DNA of 64,000 bases from the human T2T-CHM13v2.0 reference genome, Homo sapiens (GCF_009914755.1 NC_060929.1), one strand, 5' to 3'; numbered from the stretch's first letter, positions 16,215-30,616 are shown. Numbers and translations are program-made. The notes: generated by a model from the letters alone, not told the origin.

Positions 16215-16411
16215 GGCCTGTTCTGGGGTAGGGGTTTGCGGAAGGGGAGAGATAGCATTAGGACAAATACCTAATGCATGCGAGGCTTAAAACCTAGGTG
16301 ACGGGTTGATGGATGCAGCAAGTCACCGTGGCACATGTATACCTATGTAACAAACCTGCATGTTCTGCACATGTATCCCAGAACTTAAAATATAATAATA
16401 ATGAAAAAAAA
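16215..16411 (+). mobile_element. L1PA7/8-like 3'UTR, severely 5'-truncated
   Basis: ggacaaatacctaatgcatgc...gcttaaaacctag...atcccagaacttaaa plus A tail; 16-bp TSD agtttccccagaatag (16199-16214) / agttttcccagaatag (16412-16427). Confidence 0.92.
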
Positions 16412-18934
16412 AGTTTTCCCAGAATAGTTGTGAATAATTTATCTTATCAAAGCTTGTTGATGTCAAGAGAAAGGACTTTCTGTTGAAGCCTTCTATCTGG
16501 ACAGAACAAAATTGGAAATCAGTTCTGAAGTCTAGGGTAAAAAACAAAGAGGATATGTTCTGGGGCCAAGTAAATACAGCAATGGGAAAAAACACAGGGA
16601 ATTTGAAATTCCAGAGTTAAGTTTAGAATTTTCAAGATTAGACTCTAGTGAGGTTATGGAAGCCCACTAGTTCAAATTGGAACAGAATGAAGCATAAAAG
16701 GATGATCACCAATAAAAGAGAGCTCTTGGATGTCTTTGGTGTTTGGTGACGTCTCCATCTCTGCCAGCATAACACCCACATCCCAATCAGCACTCACTTC
16801 TCTACAGTGACCTGTCACCTGGCTGTCATAAACTCACATGGTGGCATGGTGTTGGTTGATGGGTAAAGTCTGAGGGAATAGAAATTATAAAAAGATGGAA
16901 GGGAGATAATATAGAGGGTGCCCTCTTAGGGTGATTTCTACTAGCTCCTTTTAATGCAAATCACCACTGGTTCAGATAAATATCCTCACAAGGGTAGTAA
17001 GTAAATCCTTGGCCATTCTGACCATCTTCTCCACCAAAGAGAAAGGAGAATATTGGAAGGGTTACAGAGGCTTCCAGGGCCCACTACAGCCAGGGGCCTG
17101 CCTGGGACTTCTGTAAAGAGAGCTAAAAGGATGACTTTGTTCTCCAGAAAACAATCTAAAGAAAAGGCAGAAACTTCTAGCCAAAGTGACCCCAGGCCAA
17201 CAAAAACATGAAACTGAATAAAAATATGGAGCCCTTTCAAGGGAAGGCGCCATAATAAGCAGTTGCAAAAGCTTCTTTGAGCCATGGCAAGTCCCTGGTT
17301 CCCAATAAAACTCCAGATCCCCCAAGTTTGCTTGGCTGGGGACTCCTCTAGGAACAGAACACAGAGCTCTCCTGGAGTCTTTGAAAGACATTTTCACAGA
17401 TTGCTATATACCCACCAGCACCAAGTACACCATCAGCAGAGATGCTCAAACCAGGAAACCAGCTTGGTCTAGTTCATGAATGCATCCACATCTAATTTTC
17501 CTTCTCCCAGATCACTGGCTCCAAAGACATTCAAGCTGCAATAACTTAGTTTCACACATCACCAGCAACTCAGTTTCATACCTGTCAAAGATTAATGAAT
17601 TGCATTTGAGCTGTGGGTCCAGGTCTGGACCTGACCCTCATCTCTGTGCACTTTTCCTTCCTTTGAGTTTCTCAGATGCCTGTCCTACGGGGCAACCAGC
17701 CATAAAAACAGATAGGAGACAGAAAGTGGGCCCTGAAATTTCCACATTTCAGAAAAGATCAAGGAACTCAGCTTTCAGTCCTCTTAAAAATGTTCCTCCT
17801 CCCACGTCTGATTCAGAAGGCACGCATGCAGAACTAACCCCACACAGAACTTCTTAATTACATATAATAACTTTTCCTCTCATAGTTTCTCTTCATATAG
17901 AAGTTTACACCAGTGGCTCTAATATTCTTTCCATGATACTTATTTGGGACATATCTCCATACATAACCATTTCCCACTGCCAACATTGGATATCGTGTAC
18001 ATTAATATTACTTTCCCTCTTCTCAATCTATGACCACTATTTGAAAACTTTATCTAAAATATGTTTTGGGGGTTTAGGGTTTCTGGAAGACCCACTTAAA
18101 GCCTTAGAGAACATCTCTGGGGCTAGTACCTATTTTCAGGAGCCTCGGACAAATTTTTTGTCTCCTATTCTTAAATGTTACATCACAGAATTAAGATGAG
18201 GCCCCTCTTTAATTGTTAATGAGTTTGAAGTAGAATTATATCTGAAGGGGTTTTTAAAAATATATTTTATGTTTTTTAGCCTGTTTACATAGTGGTGATA
18301 TTTACAAGTGAAACTCATTGTGGAGCTTAATTGAGTTTGTATTTTTTCCAAATATATTCTTAGCCCCAAATTATTTAACTCCCATGGGAAATGGTCAGAT
18401 CACACTTTTTCCATTTCAGAAGAGAAGAAACTGATTATATTTTAAACCATTTTTTCACTTCTAGTATAATCAAGAAAGTTTCTACCAGACTCTAGCATCC
18501 AACAGATAACAACTACAAAGCATGGACAAATTATACAAACAAAAATCAAATATCCAAAAGTGCTAGGGAGTAAACTCAAGCAGGAAAATTCTGAAAGGAA
18601 GCTGAGATTTGATAGAAGGGATTGGTGCAGGTAAGAGTATTTATGTCTTCTGCTGAAAGGCAGGTCAAAGTCAGTGCCACACAGAGTAACTAAAACTCTA
18701 ATAGAAAAACCAAGTCTTTCTAGACTAAAGAACCAAAGGTCAGAATTTGGGGCAACCATAGCTACTGGAAAATGGCAGGAAAACCCCCAAAAAATGAGCT
18801 AGTGAGGAGAAGCCCCAAATTTTCTACATATATTTTCCTAAGTATCTGGATCACCCCTGAATCACATGTGTATTTGGTAGACTCAAAGCACCTCAGCAAA
18901 GAAGAAAGAAACAAACAACAAGAAAAGCTAAACT

Positions 18935-19071
18935 GGCCAGGTGCAGTGGCTCACACCTGTTATCTCAGCACTTTGGGAGGCTGAGGCAGGAGGATCACTT
19001 GAGCTCAGGAGTTTGAGATCAGCCTGAGCAGTATAGTGAGACCCTGTCTCTATTTTAACAACAACAACAAA
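18935..19071 (+). mobile_element. FLAM (free left Alu monomer)
   Basis: A single Alu arm, ggccaggtgcagtggctcac...gagaccctgtctct, followed by an (AAC)n/A tail. Confidence 0.85.
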
Positions 19072-20330
19072 AGAGACAGAGTATAATATGCAGTTTGAGC
19101 TACAAAGGTAATTGCCTGTCGAAATAAAACATCAATAGTCTTCAGAGGGAAGTAATACAAATCAGAATACCTACAACCAATCATTCACAATATCCAGAGT
19201 ATAATATGAAATGTATTACCATATGAAGAAACTATCCCCAGTAAAATAAGAAACATATTCTTACAATGAATTCAAAGATAATAAACCTCTACTGAGAAAC
19301 GGAAACTATAAAAAAAAGAATTAAATTGAAATTTTACCACTGAAAATCAACATATCTGAAAGTTAAAACTCACTCAATGTGCTTTATAGTAGAATGGAAA
19401 ATATAGAAGAGTCAGTAAGCTTAAAGACAGGTAAATGGAAATGATCAATCTGAAAGACAGAGGGAAAAGATTGAAGAAAATAGAACAGATCCTCTTGAGC
19501 TAATGGACCTATGGAGCAATAACTAAAGATCTAACATATGTGTCATAGGAGTGTCAGGAGGAGAGAAGAGGAGGGTTGAGAGTGACCATTAAAAAATATT
19601 TAAAGGTATAATGGCTAAAGGTTTCCAGATTTGGTGAGAGACTTAAATTTACAGATCCAAGAAGCTTAATGAACTCCAAACAGGAAAACTGTTATGTAGT
19701 TTCATCATAGTTAAACTGCTAAAAAACAAAGATAAGGAAAAAAATCTTGAAAGCGGTCAGATAAAACCACACATTACACACAGGAGAACGATGGTTTAAA
19801 AATACTGACTTCTCATTTAAAATTTTGGAAGCCAGAAGACAGTGGAACAATATCTTTTAAAGAACTGAAAACAGAACAAATAAAAATCTGTTACACCTGA
19901 ATTCAATAGGCAGTGAAAAGATCTTTCAAGAATGAGGCAAAATAAAGACCATTTTCATATAAAATAAAACTAAAAGAATTTATGATTAGTTATCTGCACT
20001 ATAAGAAAAGCTGAAGGAAATTCTGCAGGCTAGAAGGAAACAATACCAAATGGAAACACAAATGTATAGAAAAGAATGTAAAACATCAAAAATGGTAAAT
20101 ATCACGGTAAACAGAAAAGACGTTTTCATCTTTATTTCTTTTAAATTCATAAGGCTATTTACAAAAAAGCATAACATTGTCTCATGGAATTCATAATGTA
20201 TGTTAGCATACTACATGTAATAACTATAGCACAAAGGGCAGAGGTAGGATGGACTCATACAGCTGAAACCCCTAAAATAACCATTAAAAATAATACACAA
20301 AGGTGTATCTGAAAATACAATAGACATTTT

Positions 20331-20648
20331 GGGGTTTTTTTTCTTTTCTTTTTTTTTTTTTTTTTGAGAAACAGGGTCTTGCTCTGTCACCCAGGTTTCA
20401 GTGCAGTGGCAATAATCATGGCTCACTGCAGCCTCAAACTCCCGGGCTCAAGTAATTCTCCTGCCTCAGCCCTGCGAGTAGCTGGGACTACAGGCATGCA
20501 CCACCATGCCAGGCTAATTATTTTATTTTCTGTGGAGGCAGGGTTTTGCTTTATTGCCCAGGCTGGTCTCAACTCCTGGCCTCAAGAATCCTCCTGCCTT
20601 GGCCTCCCAAACTGCTGGGATTACAGGTGTGAGCCACCACACACAGCC
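20331..20648 (-). mobile_element. AluJ
   Basis: Full dimer with J-type positions (acagggtcttgctctgtc, atcatggctcactgcagcctc); perfect 15-bp TSD TACAATAGACATTTT (20316-20330 / 20649-20663). Confidence 0.95.
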
Positions 20649-21279
20649 TACAATAGACATTTTTAGAAAGCAATCCTAGAGGAGAAAAAAGGAAAAGCAG
20701 AAAAATAACAAAAAATAATAATAAAACAGTAGACCTAAATCCAACCATATTGGTAATTTCATTAATTGTTTTTAGACCAAACAGAAATTGTCAGAATAAA
20801 AAAAAAAGAAGACCCAGTTACCAGAAATGCACTTTAAATCCTATAAGGAAGCCAAGAAGCATATAAGCAGTCCAAGCTATAAAACAAAAACAAAACAAAA
20901 AGCAGATTTATGAAAAAACCTTGACAAATCTCCACAAAAGTCTATGTTTGAGAAAATAGCCTCTATGAACTTTTCAAACCTTATGCTTCAGAACCAAGTA
21001 CACAATTTACTGATTTTAGCCAGACAGCAAGATAATTTTCTACATTCAACTTTATCTCCATTAACATATAAAGAATTATTCCACATGTGAGACGTCATCA
21101 ATTTTATTCCTTTCCTTCCAACTCCGCTTTGAGCAAAACATTCCTAAATTAAATCACAAGGCAAGTGTATATCCCTGTCTTCTAATACACATTCTAAAAA
21201 ATTCTTGACTCCAGAACAAATTTTTTTATTTGAACATTACATTCTTAGTAGCATTTTGAGAGGGGGTAGGAAAGGTGGG

Positions 21280-21665
21280 CTCTGACTGAGTTTTGAGGAA
21301 TATTGGTCAGGTATTTTGTAGAATGTCTCTCAATTTGGGTTTGTATGGTGTTTATCTCACAATGACATTAGAGTTACGAGTTTTTCTTTTTCCATTCTCC
21401 ATTCTTTAGAAGCAGGTCACTAACTCTAGCCCACACTCACGATGGAGGAAATTAATTAAGTTCCATCTCCTGGAGGGGGTAGCATCTACATAAATTATTT
21501 GAAATTCTTCTAAAGGGAAAAATATTTTCATTTCTTTTTTCTCTATTTTTCAACCATTTATTTATATCAGTATGGACTCATATATATATTTATTTTGCCT
21601 TTTGCGTTATAGTATAATACCATGCCATTTCTTTTTGATTTAAGTGAAATCATTTTCTGTGCACA
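21280..21665 (-). mobile_element. L1M (MC/MD-type) 3'UTR fragment
   Basis: ggtcaggtattttgtagaatgtctctcaatttggg..., tatatcagtatggactcat. Confidence 0.65.
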
Positions 21666-21669
21666 GAAC

Positions 21670-24600
21670 TTTTTTTTAAGAGACTTTAAGTTTTGGAGCA
21701 GTTTTAGGTTCACAGTAAAACTGAGCAGAAGGTACCTAGCTTTGTCCATTACCAACATCCCTCACAGTTGGGTAATAGACAAAGCTGTGTACCTTCTGAT
21801 ATTGACACATCAGTATATGGTAATGACATATCATTATATCCAGAGTCCATAATTTACATTAGGCTCTTGGCGTTGTACATTCTATGGTTTGGGACAAATG
21901 AATAATTTGTCCATGATTCTACCATCATAATATCATAGAGTACTTTACCATAAAAATCCTCTGTGCTGCACCTATTCAGTCCTCCCTTCCCTCTAGTCCC
22001 TGGCACTACTGATCTTTTAACAATCTCCATAGTTTTGTCTTTTTCAGGATGTCATATCCTGAAATCATAAGGTGTGTAGCCTTTTCAGATTGACTTCTTT
22101 CACGTAGTAACACACATTTAAGTCTCCTCCATGTTATTTTGTGGCTTGATAACTCATTTCTTTTTAGCACAGAATAATATTCCAGTGTCTGGATGCACTA
22201 AGTTTATCCAGTCACCTACTGAAGGACATCTTGGTTGCTTCCAAGTTTTGGTAATTATGAATAAAGCTGCTATAATTATTTGTGTGCTGGTTTTTGTGTG
22301 GACATAAGTTTTCAACTCCTTTGGGCAAATACTAAGCAGCACAAGCTGTGGATTTTATGGTAAGAGTATGTTTAGTTGTGTAAGAAATTGCCAAACTGTC
22401 TTCTAAATTGGATTTTTGCATTCCCATCAGCAAAGAGCGAGTGTTCCTGTTGCTCTACATCCTCTCCAGCATTTGTTTTTGTCAATGTTCTAGATTTTGA
22501 CTATTCTAATAAATCTGTAGTGGTAGCTCACTGTCATTTTAATAGGCATTTCCATGATGACATATGATGTGGAGAATTTTTTCATATGCTTATTTTCCAT
22601 CTTTATGTCTCCACTGGTGGGGTGTCAAAGTCTTTGGCCCATTTTTTAAAAAATCAGGTTGTTTGTTTTCTTATTGTTGAGTTTTAAGGGATCTTTGTAT
22701 ATTTTGGATAATAGTTCTTTATCAGATAATGTCTTCCACAAATAATTTATCCCAATCTTTAGCTACTTTCTTAGTCTCTCAACAGTGTCTTTCACGTAGC
22801 AGAAATTTTTTATTTTAATGATGTTCAGCTTATTAATTCTTCCTTTCATGAACTGTACCTTTGGTGTTGCAACTAAAAAATTTTTCCAAACCCAAGGTTG
22901 TCTAGATTTTTTCCTGTACTATCTTCTAAATGTTTATAGGTTTACGTGTAGGTTTGCAATCCATTTTTAGTTAATTTTCATAAAGGGTATAAGGTCTGTG
23001 TCTAGATTTATTTACTGTTTTGCATTTGGACATCCAGTTGTTCCAGCACCATTTCTGTCTTGATTATTGACTGTAGCTTTATAGTATGATAAGAAGTCAA
23101 GTAGTGACTATCCTCCGACTTTGTTCTTCTCCTTCAATATTGTGCTGATTATTCTGGATCTTTTGTGTCTCATATAAACTTTAAGATCAGTTTGTCAATA
23201 TCCACAAAAATAATTTGCTGGGATTTTTATTGAGATCACACTGAATCTATAGATCAGTTGAGTCTTCCTATCCATGAACACAGAATATCCCTCCATTTAT
23301 TTAGTTGCCCTTTGGTTTATTTCATCAGAGTTTTGTCATTTCCCTCATATAGATCTTGTACATGTTTTGTTACATATATACCTAAGTATTTCATTTTGAG
23401 GTATGCTAATGTAAATGGTAATATGTTTTTAATTTCAAATTCTATTTATTGCTGATATATAGAAAAGTGACTGACTTTTTTTTGGTCAATTCTCTTAGAT
23501 TTTCTACACAATCATGTCATCTGAGAACAAAGGCAGGTTTGTTTTTTTTTTCCGCCGTCTCCATTTGTACACCTTTTATTTCCTTTCTTGTCTTATATTA
23601 GCCAGGACTTTCAGCACAATGTTGAAAAGCAGCGCTGAGAGGGGATATCTTTGTCTTGTTCCTGATCTTGGTAAGAAAGTTTCAAGTTTCTAACTTGAAG
23701 AAACTTGAAGTATGATGTTAGCTGTAGGGTTTTTGTAGACATTTTTAAATCAAGTTGAGGAAGTTCCCCTCTATTCTAGTTTACTGAGTTTTTCATTATG
23801 AATAGGTGTTAGATTTTGTCAGATGCTTTTTCTGTCCATATTGATATAATCATGTGATTTTTCTTCTTTAGCCTGTTGATGTAATGGATTACATTAACTG
23901 ATTCTCAAATGTTGAACTAGCCTTGCACACCTGGGATAAATTCTACTTCATTGTGGTGTATAATTCTTTCTATACATTGTTGGATACAATTTGCTAATAT
24001 TTTGTTGAGAATTTTTGATCTATGTTCATGACAGATACCGGTCTGTAGTTTTCTTTTCTTGTCTTTGTTTGGTTTTGGTATTAGAGTAATGCTGGCCTCA
24101 AAGAATGAGCTAGAAAATATTCCCTCTCCTCTTATCTTTTGAAATAAATTATAGGTAACTGGTATAATTTCTTTCTTAAATATTGGTAGAATTTACCAGT
24201 GAACATATCTGGGCCTGGCATTTTCTGTTTTGGAAAGTTATTAATTATTGACTCAATTTCTTTAAGAGATATAGGACTATTCAGAGTGTCTACTTCTTCT
24301 TGTGTGGGTTTGGCAGATAAGGTTTTCCAAGGGATTCATTCATTTCATCTAGGTTATTAAATTTGTGGCCATAGAATTGTTCATATTATGCCTTTACAAT
24401 CTTTTTAGTGTTCATGGGATTTGTGGTGATGTCCCTTTTTTATTTCTGATATTAATATTTTGTGTTCTCTTTTTTTGTAATTAGTTTGACTAGAGGCTTA
24501 ATAATTTTATTAATCTTTATTAATCTTTTCAAATAGTCAGCTTTTGGTTTTGCTGATTCTATTAATTTCCCACTTTTAATTAATTTCTGCACTAATTTTT

Positions 24601-24790
24601 TTATTCCTTTTTTCTACTTTGGGTTTAATTTGGTCTTCTTTTTCTAGTTTCCTATGGTGAAAGCTTTGATTATTGATTTTAGATCTCTTCTTCTATTATA
24701 ATAGATGCATTTATGCTATAAATTTCCCTCTAGGCATCACTTTTGCTACATCCCACAAATTTTGATTTTGTTTTCATTTTCATTCTGAAC
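21670..24790 (-). mobile_element. L1MC-type element, 3'UTR plus ORF2 with internal deletions
   Basis: 3' end gagcagttttaggttcacagtaaaactgagcagaaggtac; antisense ORF2 throughout (ORF 22154-22342 reads ...ICPKELKTYVHTKT...WKQPRCPS). Confidence 0.85.
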
Positions 24791-25120
24791 TTTTTTGATT
24801 CATGTAATCTGTAATGTACATTTCCATATCATCCTAAGTAGATCTATTTCACTTTAACTGGTATGTAATATTACATTGTATGGATGTTTCATATTTTACT
24901 TATTTAGTACTATTTTGTAAGATACTTAAGTTGTTCTAATTTTTATTCTCATTCAAACAATGCTCAATGAAATATATGTGTATATCTTTGTATATTGCAG
25001 GTTTATATCAATAAGATAAATTCCTAACATTGGAATTGCTTAGTCAACAGATACATATATTTTCCAACGTGATAAACATTGTCTAATTGTTTTCCAAAAA
25101 TGTTGTACCAGTTAATACTC
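24790..25120 (-). mobile_element. L1ME-like fragment
   Basis: ttacattgtatggatg..., gataaattcctaacattggaattgct. Confidence 0.6.
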
Positions 25121-27914
25121 ACGATGAGCTTTCAATAGGTCATTGCCTCTGTAGGAGGAGATCCACTCTCTTTTTGTAATTGCAAAGCATAGTCACCTTG
25201 CCTAATTACAGCAGGATGTTATTTATACCTGTATGTTTTGCTATAAACACATTAACCTAGAGATGTGGGATCTAAACGTTAATCTTAGGTGTTGATATGC
25301 TCTGATGAGTAAGAAATTGCTAAAAGCTAGAGACAAAATGGGAGAAATAACTTGAGGCTTGCTGCAACACAGGAACAGAAAATAAAAATCAAGAGAAAAA
25401 CAGTTGGGGGGCATAAAGCAAAACATAAAAATAAACAAAAAAAGGGGGAAGGGGAGAGTGAAGACCATGGAGATTGTGGTTAATCAACAACAGGACATGA
25501 GAAGTTGGGGAGCTGACCAATATTCTTGACATAAGATTTTGAGAAAAATAGAGCTTACAGGGTAGGCTTAAACCTAGGAATCATTCTTCATATTTACCCA
25601 AAGAGGACTATGGCACTAGCAAGTATTTGTTTTCTCAGGTACTAGTGATTCAAAGAGAGGGAGCTAAAAAGGGGAAAATTAAAATCAAAAGCCTAACTTA
25701 TTTTATGCAAGAGATAGCTGAATTCTAAAATTTTTGTTTTGTTTTGTTTTGTTTTTTTACCCTCTCATGGGCCTAGCCTTAGGATTTCTTTCACCACAAA
25801 TCCTTTCATAGATGGGATCCCTATCTGCCATAGCAGCTGCTACCTCTGAGAGACTTGAAGCGACCTCTACCTCACACATGAGAGAAAAGACCCTTCTTTT
25901 TACTTCCTGGGGAATGTAGTGATTCAGGACTGTAGTGTTTCCTCTTGGAGTCTCTCCCTAGAGGTTTTCCTATTGTTTTTGCTCTAAGCAGAGTCCCCAC
26001 ATCCACACTCCCCCACCCCCTCCATAGCACAATCAATATTAACTCATTCATAACAGAGGAGCAGCCTCTTTTCCAATCACAGTTCTGCTGACTTGTTTGG
26101 GATTGGTTTGGGTTGAGTCACTAAGAAACATATTAGATTAAGGCACTGGTCTTTTTAATAATAATATAGAATCTCCACACCTCTCAAATAGACCTCAAAT
26201 TTGGGAGCCATTTATTTTCATTACCCTCTCTTCATAGGAAAAATTGAGGACCCCGTTTATTTACTTAAAACAACAATAAGCTGAATCACTGTTGCTATTT
26301 AACATCTTACTTTTTAGAAAATATTCTTTGTGGTGCCTGACGGCAATGCTGCAAAGGAAACAACCAGTTTAAAAATAGGAAAGATAAATTAAATAATACC
26401 AATTTACAAACAAATTTAAAATCGAAACAATCCCCCATACACACTCTTCTTGGTCAGCTCTGCCTCACCCTAAGAGATCAGTAGGTAAACAACATTCTGT
26501 TACCTCTGTTTGCACCCATGGATCATCAGGTGAGAGGGCAGGTGTTTGGGAGTAGTTGGAGAGAGGGCTGAAACAATATTTTTGCACCAAATAACTTGGT
26601 CTCTCCAGTTTGTAGTTAGTTTATAATGAGTTTGTGATCCATGGATCTCACAGGCTGCTTCCTTGTAACTTAATGAACCATAATGACAATTCCAAAGGCT
26701 ACATTAATTTCTTTTTAAAATAAAAGAAGGAGGGTCTGCTGAGAGTGGATGTTAGGAACTAAGCTATTTCCATTACCCTATTTTAAGTAAAGCGCTAGCT
26801 AGAAGGCCCATGTACCAGCTACTGCTAACTCCTAACTTCAGAAACTCATTTGCAATGAGCTTTCCATACCTCTTTGGGTGGGAAATGTACTATTGCTTCT
26901 CTTCTTAGCGAGGCTATCAAGAAACACACTTCAAAAAATTCCCACAACACACATAATCATTCTTTCAAAATAGCAATTTGGCTGTAGCAGCCTTCTTCCC
27001 ATTCAGCTAAGTGTGTGAAAGGTAATGGAGACAGCTAATGCCTTTTGGTTTTGCTGTGGGCAGGGGAATCTTACCATCATATGTAATTAGTAAGAACTAC
27101 CAGAAAACAGACAATTGTTATAGAAGTCACACTGAAAATACTCTAACAAATAGTCTAAGCAACATTCATTGAGCTCCTTTGGGGGTGGGGCAAGGGGGGT
27201 AATTTTCTGGTGTTAAGAATGTCATAAGATTGCCAAGGTAGTAAATGACTGGGACTTTACAAAGGCCTTTGGAAGGAGAGGGGGCAATCCCATGAGAAAA
27301 TGACAGGTACTGTTTTATTTCCATGGTCCTTTTTTACCTGCCAGTTCTTACTTCTCAGTGAACACAACTGATGTCCCCACTTTCCCCAACAACAACGACA
27401 ATAAAATAAATTTTAAAAAGATTCTCGGTATGAGTCATGAGCTTACCCACTGTGGACCAGGAAGTTCTCTTCAGGCTCTCACCTGCTAAACTATGGCAGA
27501 AGTGATTATGCAAAGTTTTCAAAAACCCACAGCACAGCTCTCCTCCTGCTGGGCTATGAATGGAGACAAGGGACTGGTACTAGTGAGGGCCATTCGGAAG
27601 AGGAAGTGGGTGAAGGCTCTGCCACTGGCCAAAATCGGGTTGCACCTCTTCTCCCATGCTCCCCATACAAGCCCTGACAATGACATTCTCCTGGAAGCCC
27701 ATTTTCATTGCTGCCTCCAGGCCTTTGCTCTCCTGTTTGTCTGGGACTACCTGAGAGCCCTTCTTCTAAACCCATCCTAGTCTGATTCGAACTCATTTTT
27801 CAAGGACCTACCTCTTCCCAGTTTATAGGCCATTTTCTCTCATTTCAGCCCACACTGCGCTCTCCTTTCTCTGAATTCTTGCAGCACTTATAATCTCTAT
27901 AATTATAATAACAA

Positions 27915-28112
27915 CAATATTTTAGTTATTTACGTATCAAGTACTCACTACATGTCAGGTGCTATGCTAAGTAGTTTACGTAGTCCCTTATTTAATCTTC
28001 ACAGCTATCCCAACCTATGTTACATTTGAGGAAACCGTGGTTACGTGGTTAGTAAGTGGCAGGATGGGATTTGAACCCAGGTCCATCACTGGTAAAGCCT
28101 GTGTCCTTCCCC
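27915..28112 (-). mobile_element. MIR
   Basis: atgtcaggtgctatgctaag...tttaatcttcaca...gggatttgaacccaggtc. Confidence 0.75.
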
Positions 28113-30614
28113 ATGGTCCATATTTCATTTTTTGGGCTACCTCACAATATACTTGCACTGCATCCTTTTTGTATATTTTATATTTCATTCTATGTGCTTG
28201 TGCCTCATGTTCACAACAGAATTTATGCCTCTAGTGAATGGGGCTACTTATTAGATGTGTGTTTACTGCCCATTTTGTCAAGCATGGGATCAAGCATTTA
28301 GTAGGTGCCTAATATTTGTGACTGGATATAGCATGAATAGACATGCATCTTTCTTCGAAACTCTCAAAGGTCTTTATAAGAACAATCACACCAGACAGTG
28401 GTGCATGGAGGAGGGGAGCAGTGTAGTGGTCGCGTGTGAAAAGGGTCCCTGAATAGCCAATAAACCATCTTACTCCGGTTCACTGTGATCCCCTTAACCC
28501 CTCAGTAATAGGCAAGGCCATGTGAAGCCTGGCACAGATAGAGTATCAGAGAAATCCCAAGAGGTGCAGCATCCTTGCCACAAAAGCAGTGTGGCTGTGG
28601 CAATCATTGTTCCTGAAGCTTCTCTGAGGATCCAAGATCACTTCAGCCAATCAGCTCCAGGATGGAAAGAACTTCAGGGTTTTACTGGGCTTCCTTGCCA
28701 AGCTTTAAATAGCTTAGTTACATCATTGAGAACCAGTGCCAAATGAAAGTCTTTCTGATTGACCTGCTATTAGGAGGCCACTGCATTATAAACCTTCAAA
28801 GCTTTAGCCATAAAATAATTTCAAATGCAGTGTCAAGAGAAGTGTTCCAATATGTAATAAGTAAAACTTAGAAGACGTATAAAAATTAAAGGGTGGGTCA
28901 ACTGGTTCAAATGGCACACAAATTTAATGTGAGTGTCACAGTCTAATGGAAAAAACAGCATCTCAGGATCCAAGGGGGTTCACATCAATTCCAGCTTTGC
29001 CCTTCATATAACCTCAGCCATGTTACTTCATCTTACTGTGCCTCAGTCTCCTCAGCTGCATGACGAAGACTGCGAATTCATTGATTCTCAAATTACATGC
29101 TAGATATTATCTGAGGTTCACATGATGGCATAAGCTTCCTTTCCCAAACCTCATGTAAATACGTACCATATGTTTCTAAAAAGTTCTCTGTATACACACC
29201 TCTATTGCAAAAGTATATCACTCCGCAAGTTCTGTCGAGGTAACAAGCCCCATTTTAAAGAAAAAAGAAAGGGAGGGGAGAATTACATTCAGGGTCAGAG
29301 AAAATAAGGCCAGAAACATACAGAAACAGGTTCCAGATATGCAATCTGCTGCTTATCCATGGAGCCATGCTACTTTCCTTTAAGAAGAGAGCACTTAAAA
29401 GAGTAAGGTTCTACCTCTATTCTCATCAAGGGGAGCAACACTTTTGTAATGACTTATAAAGTGACTTGAGAAAAATACTTTCTTATCACAATTTCCATGT
29501 AAATTCAAAATTACCATAATTTCCATGCCAATTCAAAATTAGGAAAATACTTAACACATTTTCTTAACTGTACAAATGCCAGGGGAACAGAGTCCAAGAC
29601 TCACTGTAGAGGGAAAAAACCCAAGGTTCTCACAGAATCTCCATCCCCAGCCCACTTGGCCAGAGTTTTCTTTCTTTTTAAATTCTTGTGTCTCTACCTC
29701 TCACAGGTCTCCTCTTCCTCTTTTCCTCTTGTCACACTATCTGCTGTCTCTCCTGGCCACCTCTAGAAGCCAACACCCTCATCCTTTACCCTTTCTTTGC
29801 TTGTTGCATCTAACTTTTAAGGGGCTCAGAGGCAAGAGGCCAAAGCCTGTTAAAATCAGAAATAAAGCTACAAAACTGGAGAAGACCTGAGCTGCCTCCC
29901 TGAGAAAAGCACACAAGTGTGACATCTGCTAGTTGCTAAGTCCTTGTCTGTCACAGACAGTGGTAGAGGTCTATCTTTCAGAGTAAAGAAGCCTAGCTTG
30001 ATCTAGAAAGCAGCATCATTTGGGCTCTTGACTTTGGGAGAAGGAGTCCTTCTGATATGACACACTAGTTAATTCCTATTCCACAAAAACCATAACTATG
30101 GCACAGTTAAAGCACTATAGCAGGCACAGGTAATGAATAGGGTCACTTTCCTGAGTGACATCTCCACTAAGATCTTTCATCATATCAGACATCTGTGACC
30201 CAGCCAAGCAGCAGTTACGAGGTCAGTCCTATAAGAGAAATAATAGGAGGTGGGGATGGGCATTTGAGCTTAGCAAAGTTGTAATCTAATCTTTCGGACT
30301 TTGGTCATAAATGGGACAAAGTCCTAAAGAGACCACACTGGGTGTTAGGGAATAAAATGGCACTTTCCTCAAAGAAACAGCTAGAAAGGAAGCATCCCAA
30401 GCTATATCCCGAAAGGCTCTAACCTCTGGGACTAAATTACAGTCATCAGAACCTTTATCTTACAAATGAATTGTTAATTGTACTTACCCCACCAGGACCC
30501 TCATTTGTATCTGTTTCTCAACTTCACCCATGAGCCTTCCATACACTCCTTCCCACCCTGTGCTAGATGCCTCTCCTCTGATGCACAACACCCTATCACA
30601 CTCCTCCTGACTAA

Positions 30615-30616
<2 letters not shown>

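Larger units (their letters stand above)
18430..20840 (+). mobile_element. Old L1M 5' region, ORF1 and start of ORF2 (decayed)
   Basis: ORF1-like stretches (tctaacatatgtgtcataggag, cagatccaagaagct, aaaatcttgaaagc, gaagccagaagacagtggaac); interrupted by two Alu-family insertions. Confidence 0.75.

Noticed and set aside
16980-17860. Cluster of overlapping 60-125 aa ORFs suggesting a processed pseudogene
   Set aside because: No recognisable parent protein, poly(A) tail or TSD.
20364-20666. 100-aa ORF, and similar ORFs at 32154-32423 and 46842-47193
   Set aside because: Translations of antisense Alu sequence, a well-known artefact.
27425-27490. AP-1 palindrome ATGAGTCAT and a possible 36-nt minus-strand micro-exon
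   Set aside because: A single short motif and a weak acceptor; both expected by chance in 64 kb.
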